From NCBI GenBank assembly GCA_002779075.1, contig PEXK01000022.1:1-12619 (forward strand): a DNA stretch of 12,619 nt, in the 5' to 3' direction. A program made the position numbers and the translations under genes. This stretch comes from Candidatus Diapherotrites archaeon CG08_land_8_20_14_0_20_30_16. GTDB lineage: Archaea; Iainarchaeota; Iainarchaeia; Iainarchaeales; 0-14-0-20-30-16. Below are positions 1-7,771 of this stretch, one piece after another; position 1 is the first letter of the stretch, and each line of letters begins with the position of its first letter. Below the pieces are notes generated by a model. The model was given only the letters and a program-made list of their open reading frames with translations, was not told the DNA's origin and made no database searches.

Positions 1-2
1 TG

Positions 3-2342
3 AATTCTGCAAAGCGTCAGGTGTGGTTAATAGATGATTCTAATTATGTTGGTGGAAATCTGTGGTTAAATCTAGATGGAAATAATCTGTGTACAACAGA
101 TAATGATGCACCTTATGGAATATGTGACTCAAACATACAATTATTAGGCTCAGATGAAAATTATTATGATCATTTGGCATTAATAGATTATAGTGATGTT
201 GATTTATCACCAACAGATATTAGATTAAGTGGTACACAAGCAGGAACAATTACTGTTTACTGCGATGTAAATAATTTAGGTGGCTTAGATGCTACAAGCG
301 ATTATAATGTGAGCTTTTATGTTGATAATAGCCTGCAAACAACAACAAATGTAACAACAGATATTAACGTTGGAGAAATGAATACTACATCATTCAGTTG
401 GACTGCTAGTGCTGTAACATATGATTTGAATTGTTTAGTTGATTATAATGGTACAGACACAAATTCAGAGAATGATAATCGAGAAGAAACATTTACAATT
501 ACATCGGGAACTGATGGCCCTGTTGGAGGTAGTGATTATGATGTTCATTTATCTGCAGTATATGCTGGCAAAATATCTAAAAGTGAAAATGTAATAATAA
601 CAAGTAACATATCAAAATCAGGGTCTAAAGTAGTTCCCAGCTCTAAATATAAATTATATGTTTTAGATAAAGGGTCAAAAAAAGAATTGTATAGTGAGGA
701 TTTTGCTAATTTTGATCTCCCAAAATCCATTCAAAAAACTATTACAAAAGCAGACTTATTGAAAATAGATCTTAATTTTTTAAATTTTATTGATAATGAA
801 AAAATTACCTTTTCTGTTGAGATTGATGTTTCAGGAGATAAAGACAAAAAGGATAATAATAAAACATTAAATGTGCCAGCAGAATATTTTGATCTCAAAC
901 TTTTAGGGTCTATTACTGGGAAGATATCAAAAATTAATAAAGCAACAATAACAGGAATTGTAACTAAAGTGCAAGGCACAGAATCTATAGATGCCGGAAC
1001 TGTCAAATTGTATGCTTTAGAAAAAGGAGAAAAGAAAGAGATTGCACAATCTAGTTTTACAAATTCTCAATTGCCTTATAATTTTATAAAAGAAATAGGA
1101 TTAAATGATTTAAATGGCAAAGTGAATTTGTATGATGCAACAGATGATTCTGGCACTTTAGAGTTTGTTTTGGAATTATCTGTTGATGGCGATAGTGATT
1201 TAGGTAATAACACAAAATCTGTTTATTCTAAAATAGAATATTTAGATTTGAAATTGAAAGAAGCATACTTATTGAAAGGTGAAAATAAAATCCCTTTGAC
1301 AAATTCAGGAAAAGCAGAGTTTGAAATAAAAACAAATTATAAATTGCATTGTTTGCTTGAACATACTTCTATTAATAAAGCAGGATCTGCAAAGGTGACT
1401 TTTGGAAACAAAACAAAACCACACAAAATAAATGAACAAATTCTAGATTTAGGAAAATTAAATGGAAAACAGCAAAAAACAATGGATTATGAAGTTAATA
1501 TTAATTTGCTGGATTTGATGTCTGAAACAGAAGCAATAGATACTATAATATCTGTTTTGGGTTTGGATATTAAGGACCCAGAAACTGAGAAAATAGTAGA
1601 GAAAATAATAGCAGATTTAAAGAAAGATCAATTTTCTGTAGATCTAGATTTATTTTTGGACAAGATTTTGTTTGCTGGTTTAGAGGATGAGTTTGAACTA
1701 ATTTTCACAGGTAGCGATTTATCAGACAGTAAGTTTAATTTTAATTTAAGTTATGTTTTAGAAAGTAAAGAGGGTGTTGAGGATAAAGAAAAAGCAGGTA
1801 AAGAGGGATCTGAAGGATCAGGTAAAGAAACTTCAGGAGATAATATTGTTTTGAAGCCAGAAGATATTTTCTTACTGACATATAAATCAAAATTAGGATT
1901 TGGAGAATTACAGACAATATTTGTTTTTAATGGCAAAAAAGAACCACGAAAAAACCTAAATTTATTGGTTGTATATAATGATAAAAACTGGCAGTTTAAA
2001 ACAGATGAAAATGGCAAAGTAGAATTCTTGCCAGAGTTTGAAGGAAAATACAGATTAGAAGTTCCATATCCTAACCCCAAAGTTAAGGGGGAATTTGAAG
2101 TCATTAGTGGATATATTAGTACACCAAGTGATTTTGTTGAATTATCAAATAATGTCCTAACATCAGAAAGCTCAACAAAAACAAAAAGTTATTTATTGTA
2201 TTTAGGTATTGGACTTTTAATAGCTATTGGTATTGTTCTTTATTTTCTGTTTAGACCCAAGAAACCAGAACAATATGATTTTTTAAAAACCAACACCAAT
2301 TTGATGTATCAGACAACATTCCCTAGTTGGTACTTAAAATAA
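3..2342 (+). CDS. Cell-surface protein, 5'-truncated at the window edge. It has one canonical CARDB domain, three divergent CARDB-like modules, a charged Gly/Ser/Glu/Lys linker, a prealbumin-like Ig domain, a Ser/Thr stalk and a C-terminal TM anchor.
   Basis: The frame is open from nt 3, so the GTG at 21 is only the ORF-track start. ORF-track aa 59-160 (VDLSPTDIRL...VYCDVNNLGG...VSFYVDNS...SFSWTA...YDLNCLVDYNGTDTNSENDNREETFTI) matches the CARDB pattern (DL..., N.G, fyvd, f.w, vD...E.NE.N). Two about 117-aa modules (aa 172-288, 289-406) align with each other. The linker is KEGVEDKEKAGKEGSEGSGKETSGD. TDENGKVEF...GKYRLEV is typical of a carboxypeptidase-regulatory-like fold. A hydrophobic helix, YLLYLGIGLLIAIGIVLYFLF, followed by RPKKPE lies at nt 2187-2252. 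The stop is TAA. Confidence 0.8.
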   Translation, partial: NSAKRQVWLIDDSNYVGGNLWLNLDGNNLCTTDNDAPYGICDSNIQLLGSDENYYDHLALIDYSDVDLSPTDIRLSGTQAGTITVYCDVNNLGGLDATSDYNVSFYVDNSLQTTTNVTTDINVGEMNTTSFSWTASAVTYDLNCLVDYNGTDTNSENDNREETFTITSGTDGPVGGSDYDVHLSAVYAGKISKSENVIITSNISKSGSKVVPSSKYKLYVLDKGSKKELYSEDFANFDLPKSIQKTITKADLLKIDLNFLNFIDNEKITFSVEIDVSGDKDKKDNNKTLNVPAEYFDLKLLGSITGKISKINKATITGIVTKVQGTESIDAGTVKLYALEKGEKKEIAQSSFTNSQLPYNFIKEIGLNDLNGKVNLYDATDDSGTLEFVLELSVDGDSDLGNNTKSVYSKIEYLDLKLKEAYLLKGENKIPLTNSGKAEFEIKTNYKLHCLLEHTSINKAGSAKVTFGNKTKPHKINEQILDLGKLNGKQQKTMDYEVNINLLDLMSETEAIDTIISVLGLDIKDPETEKIVEKIIADLKKDQFSVDLDLFLDKILFAGLEDEFELIFTGSDLSDSKFNFNLSYVLESKEGVEDKEKAGKEGSEGSGKETSGDNIVLKPEDIFLLTYKSKLGFGELQTIFVFNGKKEPRKNLNLLVVYNDKNWQFKTDENGKVEFLPEFEGKYRLEVPYPNPKVKGEFEVISGYISTPSDFVELSNNVLTSESSTKTKSYLLYLGIGLLIAIGIVLYFLFRPKKPEQYDFLKTNTNLMYQTTFPSWYLK
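534..1238 (+). repeat. Two tandem, divergent about 117-aa protein-domain repeats (CARDB-like) inside the surface-protein gene. A third, more degenerate copy follows to about nt 1520.
   Basis: The repeats align by eye. Repeat A is DYDVHLSAVYAGKISKSENVIITSNISK...KYKLYVLDKGSKKELYSEDFANFDLP...ITFSVEIDVSGDKDKKDNNKT. Repeat B is YFDLKLLGSITGKISKINKATITGIVTK...TVKLYALEKGEKKEIAQSSFTNSQLP...LEFVLELSVDGDSDLGNNTKS. The repeat is visible at protein level only, so the duplication is old. Confidence 0.7.
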
Positions 2343-2364
2343 GCTCCGCATAAGATTGTTTTTG

Positions 2365-3441
2365 TCATAGTTTGTCTTTTATTTTTTGAATTAGAAATAC
2401 CTTTTTTTCTAAAGGTCCAGCACAGCCCGCTGCGAAACTATGACCGCCACCACTGAAATCTTGAAATTCTTTTTTTAATTCGTTAACTATTTTTAATAAA
2501 TCCACTTTTGAGCTTCTTATACTACAAGAAAACCTATTTTTTCTATTAGTATAAATTAATTTTGTATAATCTGTGTACATTAGTTCTAAAATATTTTGAA
2601 TATATTTCTTTAAGGCCTTATGTTCAGGTGGTAAATTAATAATTATTAGTTTTTTAGTTTCATCTACTTCTACCCATTCTAATAATTCTTTAATATTTTC
2701 TAATTCTTCTTTCTCAGTATCTAATATTATTTTTTGCTGCTCTGGATTAAAAACAAAAAAGCCATCAAGATTTTCTTTAGTATTTTCCAACAAATGTTCA
2801 AATAATTTAATTTCTTTACCAGTGTGTTCGTAAATGTTTTGTAGATTCTGGCAAATATCAAAGAGTATTGGTTTTGGCAAAATAGAATTGCTCATAAATA
2901 AGTCTAAATCTTTAGAATTAGTATGAAGATAAGGTATTGAACCATAAACCATAAAGTCACTGCAAGCACCAATAAATGTTGTTTGTTTTAGTAATTTGTC
3001 AGGCCCAAACAAATAATAATAAAGATCATATATTATTGAAGAAGTGCTTGGCAATTCTTCTGATGAAACTTCCCAGCTAGGATTTATTATATATGGCTTG
3101 CCTCTTTGTCCACTTTTGTGATGATCAAATACAAAAATGTTTCTAGTTTCTAAATCATTATAACTGTCAAAACAATAATCCAAAAGAATAATGTTATCAA
3201 ATTCAAGTATGTGTTTTTTTGTTTCCTCGGATTTTTCATATTCTTCTCTATATGAATCTTTTGCAACAGTACAAAAAAAGTCTTTTTTGTATTCTTGGCC
3301 ATATTTTTCCAGTATCCTTGAAAATATTACAGCAGAAGTTAAACCATCAGCATCGTAGTGTATAATTAGAAGGGTCTTTCCCTTAATGTTCTTTAGAAGG
3401 GATTTTATTAATTCAAATTTAGAAGAAAAATCCACTTTCAA
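2365..3441 (-). CDS. DHH/DHHA1-family phosphoesterase (RecJ-like or NrnA-like nuclease/nanoRNase)
   Basis: Motif I/II is LLIIHYDADGLTSAV and motif III is VFVFDHH. The DHHA1 signature GGGHSFAAGC lies near the C-terminus. The start is TTG at 3441, 13 nt after the rpl44e stop, preceded by the SD-like GGGGATC (minus strand) with a 4-nt spacer. The stop is TGA. Confidence 0.8.
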   Translation of the reverse strand: MKVDFSSKFELIKSLLKNIKGKTLLIIHYDADGLTSAVIFSRILEKYGQEYKKDFFCTVAKDSYREEYEKSEETKKHILEFDNIILLDYCFDSYNDLETRNIFVFDHHKSGQRGKPYIINPSWEVSSEELPSTSSIIYDLYYYLFGPDKLLKQTTFIGACSDFMVYGSIPYLHTNSKDLDLFMSNSILPKPILFDICQNLQNIYEHTGKEIKLFEHLLENTKENLDGFFVFNPEQQKIILDTEKEELENIKELLEWVEVDETKKLIIINLPPEHKALKKYIQNILELMYTDYTKLIYTNRKNRFSCSIRSSKVDLLKIVNELKKEFQDFSGGGHSFAAGCAGPLEKKVFLIQKIKDKL

Positions 3442-3454
3442 TGAAGATCCCCTT

Positions 3455-3736
3455 TTACACCAGTTCTGCTTTCTTTTTTGCTCTTGTGTTTGCTACAAAA
3501 TATGATTTTTTATTGCATATTGAACAAGTAATTACAAATGTAGGTCGTTTTGACTGCTTTTTAACAGATATTGTATGTCTAGCTTTTCCACCATAACCTT
3601 TTACATGCTTTCGTTCGTGTATTCTTGCATGTTTCTTCAATGCTGATTTTGTACTTGCTTTGTATTCTTTTAATTTTTGTAAAGTGTGTTTTTTACAGTG
3701 TTTACAATATATCTTCTTCTCTTTTGGAATCTTCAT
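3455..3736 (-). CDS. rpl44e: 50S ribosomal protein L44e (eL42)
   Basis: The sequence is MKIPKEKKIYCKHCKKHTLQK...GYGGKARH...ITCSICNKKSYF...RAKKKAELV. It has two CxxC pairs forming a zinc ribbon, plus the GYGG and KK.EL motifs of L44e. The ORF track starts at a GTG at 3754, but the only ATG (3736) is preceded by GGTGAG (3741-3746), and the GTG lies about 5 nt from a TATA-like palindrome. Confidence 0.9.
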   Translation of the reverse strand: MKIPKEKKIYCKHCKKHTLQKLKEYKASTKSALKKHARIHERKHVKGYGGKARHTISVKKQSKRPTFVITCSICNKKSYFVANTRAKKKAELV

Positions 3737-3740
3737 AAAT

Positions 3741-3785
3741 CTCACCTTTTTCACACTATATAGTACAATTTTATGTATAGCTAGG
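3741..3785 (-). promoter_or_regulatory. Putative rpl44e promoter and ribosome-binding site
   Basis: On the minus strand the SD GGTGAG (3741-3746) lies 4 nt before ATG 3736. TATA-like elements are CTATATAG (3756-3763) and ATACATAAAAT (about 3770-3782). This is sequence pattern only. Confidence 0.4.
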
Positions 3786-3827
3786 ATGTAATACTAATCA
3801 GCCTATTTTTCTAATTGTTATTAAGTA

Positions 3828-3905
3828 ACCTTTATATAAATATAGTTTATATATTCTTAATCTAATAAATAGTATAGGTAAATGTTTATAAACCTGTGTT
3901 GGTGG
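3828..3905 (+). promoter_or_regulatory. Putative promoter and RBS of the membrane-protein/smc operon
   Basis: CCTTTATATAAATATAGTTTATATA (3828-3852) is TATA-rich. The perfect palindrome GTTTATAAAC lies at 3884-3893. The SD-like GGTGG (3901-3905) lies 4 nt before ATG 3910. Confidence 0.35.
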
Positions 3906-3909
3906 AAGT

Positions 3910-4623
3910 ATGTTTAAACAGTTAGGAACGTCTTTTCTGGATACATTTAAAAAACCATATTTTTTGATTTGGATTTTTTTATTATCTATAATTGTTGGAA
4001 TAGGTTTTGGGGTAATTTACGATTATACTTTGGATTATTTAGCAAATGCAGAAGGGAATTTTGCCTTAGCGTTCATTTATTTGATTAAAAATCACCTTTT
4101 TGTCTTTTTAATATACTTGTTGGCAATTCTTTTGACAATGTATCTTTTCTCTTTGTTTTGTGCCTATGTTTTAAATAAAAAAGCAGGGTCAGAGAAACAG
4201 TTTTCAGGCACAGGCAAATTGTTTGGTTTTTCACTTTTTTTATTAATAATCTCTTTGGTGCCTACTTTGATTGCGAATTACTTTATCGCTAGTTTTGTTG
4301 TAGCTATTCTTTTCTTTATTTTATCTCTTTTTTATGTTTTCTTTTTATTTCCTGTTTTGTTTTGTGTTCCAGTTCTTTTAATTAACAAAGATTTAAATAG
4401 CGCATTAAACAAGTCATTTGGATTTGCAAAAAAACACATATTCGGAATTATTGTTTTGCAATTCCTATTTGTAATTGTGTTGATGATTCTGGAATACCTT
4501 TTTGGGTTGTTGGGTGCAATAATTGGGACTGAATTTTCTGTTTTGTTGTTTTTGTTGGTTTTATCAGTACTTGTTCTTTGGGGTTTGCATTTTACGTACA
4601 ACTGGTATTACTCTGAAGCCTAG
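3910..4623 (+). CDS. Polytopic integral membrane protein (about 6-7 TM helices), function unknown
   Basis: The 237-aa protein is dominated by long hydrophobic F/L/I/V segments, for example YFLIWIFLLSIIVGIGFGVIY, LFVFLIYLLAILLTMYLFSLF and IFGIIVLQFLFVIVLMILEYLFGLLGAIIG. I recognise no catalytic motif. The TAG stop lies 8 nt before the smc ATG. Confidence 0.75.
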   Translation: MFKQLGTSFLDTFKKPYFLIWIFLLSIIVGIGFGVIYDYTLDYLANAEGNFALAFIYLIKNHLFVFLIYLLAILLTMYLFSLFCAYVLNKKAGSEKQFSGTGKLFGFSLFLLIISLVPTLIANYFIASFVVAILFFILSLFYVFFLFPVLFCVPVLLINKDLNSALNKSFGFAKKHIFGIIVLQFLFVIVLMILEYLFGLLGAIIGTEFSVLLFLLVLSVLVLWGLHFTYNWYYSEA

Positions 4624-4631
4624 TGAATTGT

Positions 4632-7600
4632 ATGCAAATAAAAGAATTAGAATTAGAAAATTTTAAATCGTTTAAATATCAGAAATTTACTTTTTTGCCA
4701 GGCATTACTGCTTTAACTGGGCCAAATGGATCTGGCAAATCTAACCTATACGACGCGATTCTTTTTGTTTTGGGAAATAATTCTTCTAATAAACTGCGAT
4801 ATAAAAAGATTTCAGATTTGATTTGTAAAGATCAAAAAGAAAAAATAGCAAATGTTAGACTCTGTTTTTTGGATGGTACATCAATAGAACGTGTGATAAC
4901 AGAAGACAATTCTATTTTTAGATTAAATGGCAAAAGAACAACGCAAGAAGCAATTGTTAGTTTTCTTAAAGAATTTAAAATAAGTTCTGAAGGACACAAT
5001 TTGGTGCAGCAAGGTAATAATAAAAGAATTGTTGATATGGCTGAAATTGAACGAAAACAGTTAGTTGAAGAAATTGCAAATGTAAGCTTGTTTGATGAAC
5101 AAAGAGAAAAATCAGAAAAGAATTTAGAGTTTGTCAAACAAAAAATAGGCCAGGCAAAAGTTATTTTGGACGAGAGAAAATCAATGTTAGAAAATCTTGA
5201 GAAAGAAAAAACAGTTGCTGAAGAATATCTTTCTATTAAAGAGCAAGAAGCAATCTTGAAAGCAGTAATTCTCAAAAAGGAAAAACAAGCGCAGGAACAT
5301 GATTTGCAAAGGACACAAAAAAGAATTGAGACTCTACAGAAAAATATTCCTGAAGAAAAGAAAAAGATAAATGAGATATCAACAGAAATTATAAACTTAG
5401 AAAAAGAACTGGAAAATCAGAAACAGAAATATAAGGCTGGGTTGGAAAAACATTCTAAGCTAGATGCTGAATACAAACTTTTGGAATTCAAAAAGCAAAC
5501 AAGCTCTCAAGATATAATTGCTCTAGAAGAAACTATAAAAAAGAAGAATTTCCACTTAAAAGAATTGAGCTTGATTTCACAAAAGCAAGAATCAAAAGAA
5601 ATTGCAAACTTAGAGATAGAATTAAAGATGGCTAAGCAGAAATTAGAGGATTATGATATTAAAAAATTGAAAATGAAACAAGAATCAATAACCAAAGAGG
5701 TTAATGAGATCGATACACAGTTGGAAATAAAACAAGTGAGGCTGTATGATGCGCATTCAAAATTAAATTTGCAGAAAGATAATGAAAAAAGAATTAAACA
5801 GTTGGCCCAAGAAACAACAACTGTTGAAACGAAAATAAAAGATCTTGAATCAAAAATTAAAAATATAAATACTGACGAAAAAGAATTATCTAAATTACTA
5901 GATCAGTTAGAAAATGTGGAGGAAGTTATTAACGATACCACTAAAGATTTACAAAAGACGAAAGAAAAACAATCCCTATCAAAAATGGAAATGGAGTCTA
6001 ACAAAAAAGAAATCGAATTGTTGAATCAGACAAAGAGTATAAGTTCTGATTTGATAGTGGTAAATTCAGAAAGAGAAATTGAATCTGCCATGAAAAAAAA
6101 TATTGAAAAAGGTATTTATGGGGCGTTCTTTTTTGTTTTGAATAAGTATTTAGATCAAGTAAAATCACATATAATTGTAAAGACTATTGACCCCAAAGAA
6201 AAAATTTCAGAATTGCAAAAAGAACTCTCAAAACAAGAAGATAAAATAAAAGAAAACAAAACATATATTTTGGAGTATGAACACAAACTGCAAGTACTAG
6301 GGATTAAACAAAAAGAATTAAAAGAACAAATTAAAGATTTGGAAAGCAAAGCCCTACATAAAGACTTTGTTCAATCACAATTGTTGTATTTTAATGAGAG
6401 AAAGAAAGATCTGCAGTCTCAAAAAGTTAGTTTTTCTGTAGATCCTTTCAGTGGCGATTTAAAAGCCTTGGAGACAGCAATTTTAGAGCTTCAGAAGAAA
6501 AAGCAGAACTTGCCAAGAGTAGATTTTGAGGAATACTTTAACATATCTAAGGAATATAACAAAAAGCAGGAAGAACTTGCACAGAAAAAGTCCGAACAGA
6601 AAGATTTGGAATTACAAACAGAATTAGCAAAAAAGGAAAAAGAACAAATTTCAGGAGATATTAAAAATTTAGAAAAACAAATCAACACCAAAGAAAATTT
6701 GGAACAGCAAATAGATTCTGATTTTAAAGAATTTTCAAAAAATAAATTAGACTCTGAAGAAGAACTAAAACTATTAGAGCTCGATATTTCCAATTTGGAA
6801 AACAAAATAAAGACATACGAATTAGAGAAAGGAAATTCAAATACTAACATAAAGGTATATGAACAAGAGTTAGAGGAATTACGTACTAATTTGTTTGTGA
6901 AAGAAGAAACACTAACAAAGAAGATAGGAGAGATAAAAAAATACATCGAATCAAACCCCAATATCCTAACAGAAAAATTGGAACAAGAATTTTTGCAATT
7001 ACACAATATAGGAATAAAAGAGATGCAAAATAAGTATTTTGAAACTCTTTCCAAATTAAATTCTTTTGGAAATGTGAATTTGAAATCTATTGGCGATTAT
7101 TCATTATATTTTGAAAAATACAATACGATTATATCTCGTATTGAACAATTAGAAAAAGAAAATGAGGAAATAAAAGCAAGAATAAAAGAAATACAAGCTG
7201 AGAAAGAAGCAAAGTTTATGAATTGCTTTGAGAAATTAAATGAGAATTTTATGGCTTGTTTAAAAAAATTAGGATTGCTAAATATTCTCTTATATTTAGA
7301 GCATAATGAATTGAATGAAATTAGTGGTGTTAATATTGTGTGTGGCAAAAGAAGAACAATTTCTTTATCAGGTGGCGAAAAAGTACTTGTAACAATATCA
7401 TTTTTGTTCAGCGTTTTGATGTTAGAACCTGCACCATTTTATTTGCTTGATGAAATAGATGCTGATTTAGATCCTAATAATTCTGAGAAAGTATTTAATA
7501 TGCTGAATGAAATTGCAAAAGATACCCAGATTTTCATGATTACACATAACCCAGTGATTGTAAATCAGGCACAGAATGTAATTGGTGTAAGTAAAAGTAA

Positions 7601-7643
7601 ATCCGGTATAACAACAGTCTTTGTCAAACAATCTGTACACTAA
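4632..7643 (+). CDS. smc: SMC-family chromosome-condensation ATPase with a drastically reduced hinge
   Basis: The N-terminus MQIKELELENFKSFKYQKFTFLPGITALTGPNGSGKSNLYDAILFVLG carries Walker A at nt 4719-4742. A Q-loop-like LVQQGNNKRIVDM is present. Two about 310-330-aa K/E/Q/L-rich coiled-coil arms follow. The signature motif LSGGEK is at 7365-7382 and Walker B FYLLDEIDADLD starts at 7437. The D-loop/H-loop region reads IFMITHNPV. The ATG at 4632 is preferred over the GTG at 4623, which overlaps the upstream stop. Confidence 0.85.
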   Translation: MQIKELELENFKSFKYQKFTFLPGITALTGPNGSGKSNLYDAILFVLGNNSSNKLRYKKISDLICKDQKEKIANVRLCFLDGTSIERVITEDNSIFRLNGKRTTQEAIVSFLKEFKISSEGHNLVQQGNNKRIVDMAEIERKQLVEEIANVSLFDEQREKSEKNLEFVKQKIGQAKVILDERKSMLENLEKEKTVAEEYLSIKEQEAILKAVILKKEKQAQEHDLQRTQKRIETLQKNIPEEKKKINEISTEIINLEKELENQKQKYKAGLEKHSKLDAEYKLLEFKKQTSSQDIIALEETIKKKNFHLKELSLISQKQESKEIANLEIELKMAKQKLEDYDIKKLKMKQESITKEVNEIDTQLEIKQVRLYDAHSKLNLQKDNEKRIKQLAQETTTVETKIKDLESKIKNINTDEKELSKLLDQLENVEEVINDTTKDLQKTKEKQSLSKMEMESNKKEIELLNQTKSISSDLIVVNSEREIESAMKKNIEKGIYGAFFFVLNKYLDQVKSHIIVKTIDPKEKISELQKELSKQEDKIKENKTYILEYEHKLQVLGIKQKELKEQIKDLESKALHKDFVQSQLLYFNERKKDLQSQKVSFSVDPFSGDLKALETAILELQKKKQNLPRVDFEEYFNISKEYNKKQEELAQKKSEQKDLELQTELAKKEKEQISGDIKNLEKQINTKENLEQQIDSDFKEFSKNKLDSEEELKLLELDISNLENKIKTYELEKGNSNTNIKVYEQELEELRTNLFVKEETLTKKIGEIKKYIESNPNILTEKLEQEFLQLHNIGIKEMQNKYFETLSKLNSFGNVNLKSIGDYSLYFEKYNTIISRIEQLEKENEEIKARIKEIQAEKEAKFMNCFEKLNENFMACLKKLGLLNILLYLEHNELNEISGVNIVCGKRRTISLSGGEKVLVTISFLFSVLMLEPAPFYLLDEIDADLDPNNSEKVFNMLNEIAKDTQIFMITHNPVIVNQAQNVIGVSKSKSGITTVFVKQSVH

Positions 7644-7713
7644 ACAGGTCAATTTTATGCACAGCGAGGATACAATGTTACAACACATTTTTATGTATCT
7701 GTACATTAAACAG
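7631..7713. repeat. 17-bp direct repeat (16/17 identical) bracketing 49 bp at the smc 3' end
   Basis: ATCTGTACACTAAACAG (7631-7647, containing the smc TAA stop at 7641-7643) is repeated as ATCTGTACATTAAACAG (7697-7713). Each copy contains the small inverted repeat CTGT...ACAG. Confidence 0.6.
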
Positions 7714-7771
7714 TATATTTTTATATCTATAGATGTCAATATATAATTAACAATAATATTATAGGAAACAG

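Noticed and set aside
545-2104. Minus-strand ORFs 545-730, 731-1006 and 1751-2104, antisense to the surface-protein gene
   Set aside because: They lie entirely inside a much longer ORF with recognisable domains. Their translations are low-complexity S/L/F/P-rich shadows typical of the antisense frame of AT-rich coding DNA.
2365-3441. DHH/DHHA1 enzyme as the dedicated pGpG-degrading partner of the GGDEF cyclase
   Set aside because: It lies 8 kb away, on a different transcription unit coupled to rpl44e. The DHH family is near-universal housekeeping. The idea is kept only as a remark inside a low-interest finding.
3737-3754. Longer rpl44e start (GTG at 3754, adding MKKVRF)
   Set aside because: The extension contains the SD-like GGTGAG that serves the ATG at 3736. 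L44e proteins start with MK.PK-like sequence. The GTG also sits only about 5 nt from the TATA-like CTATATAG.
3837-3851. 15-bp exact identity TAAATATAGTTTATA between 3837-3851 and 8620-8634, as evidence of a mobile element or recent duplication
   Set aside because: My rough estimate is that about one such match is expected by chance in a 12.6-kb window of this AT content. Both copies are TATA-like promoter sequence, and the flanks do not extend the match.
4632-7643. Alternative identity of the long coiled-coil ATPase as Rad50, or as a Lamassu/Wadjet-type defence SMC
   Set aside because: There is no CxxC zinc hook at the coiled-coil apex. The N-terminal (FKSF...GPNGSGKSN..DAI.FVLG...LR) and C-terminal (LSGGEK...PAPFY.LDEIDA.LD) blocks match housekeeping SMC closely. 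No nuclease, JetABD-like or LmuA/C-like genes are adjacent.
4332-7739. Minus-strand ORFs 4332-4601, 4832-5275, 6155-6349, 6491-7054, 7097-7348 and 7467-7739
   Set aside because: They are antisense shadows of the membrane-protein gene and of the K/E-rich smc coiled coil (AAA/GAA codons read as TTT/TTC, giving F/S/C-rich nonsense). They have no motifs, and the strongly supported sense genes leave no room for them.
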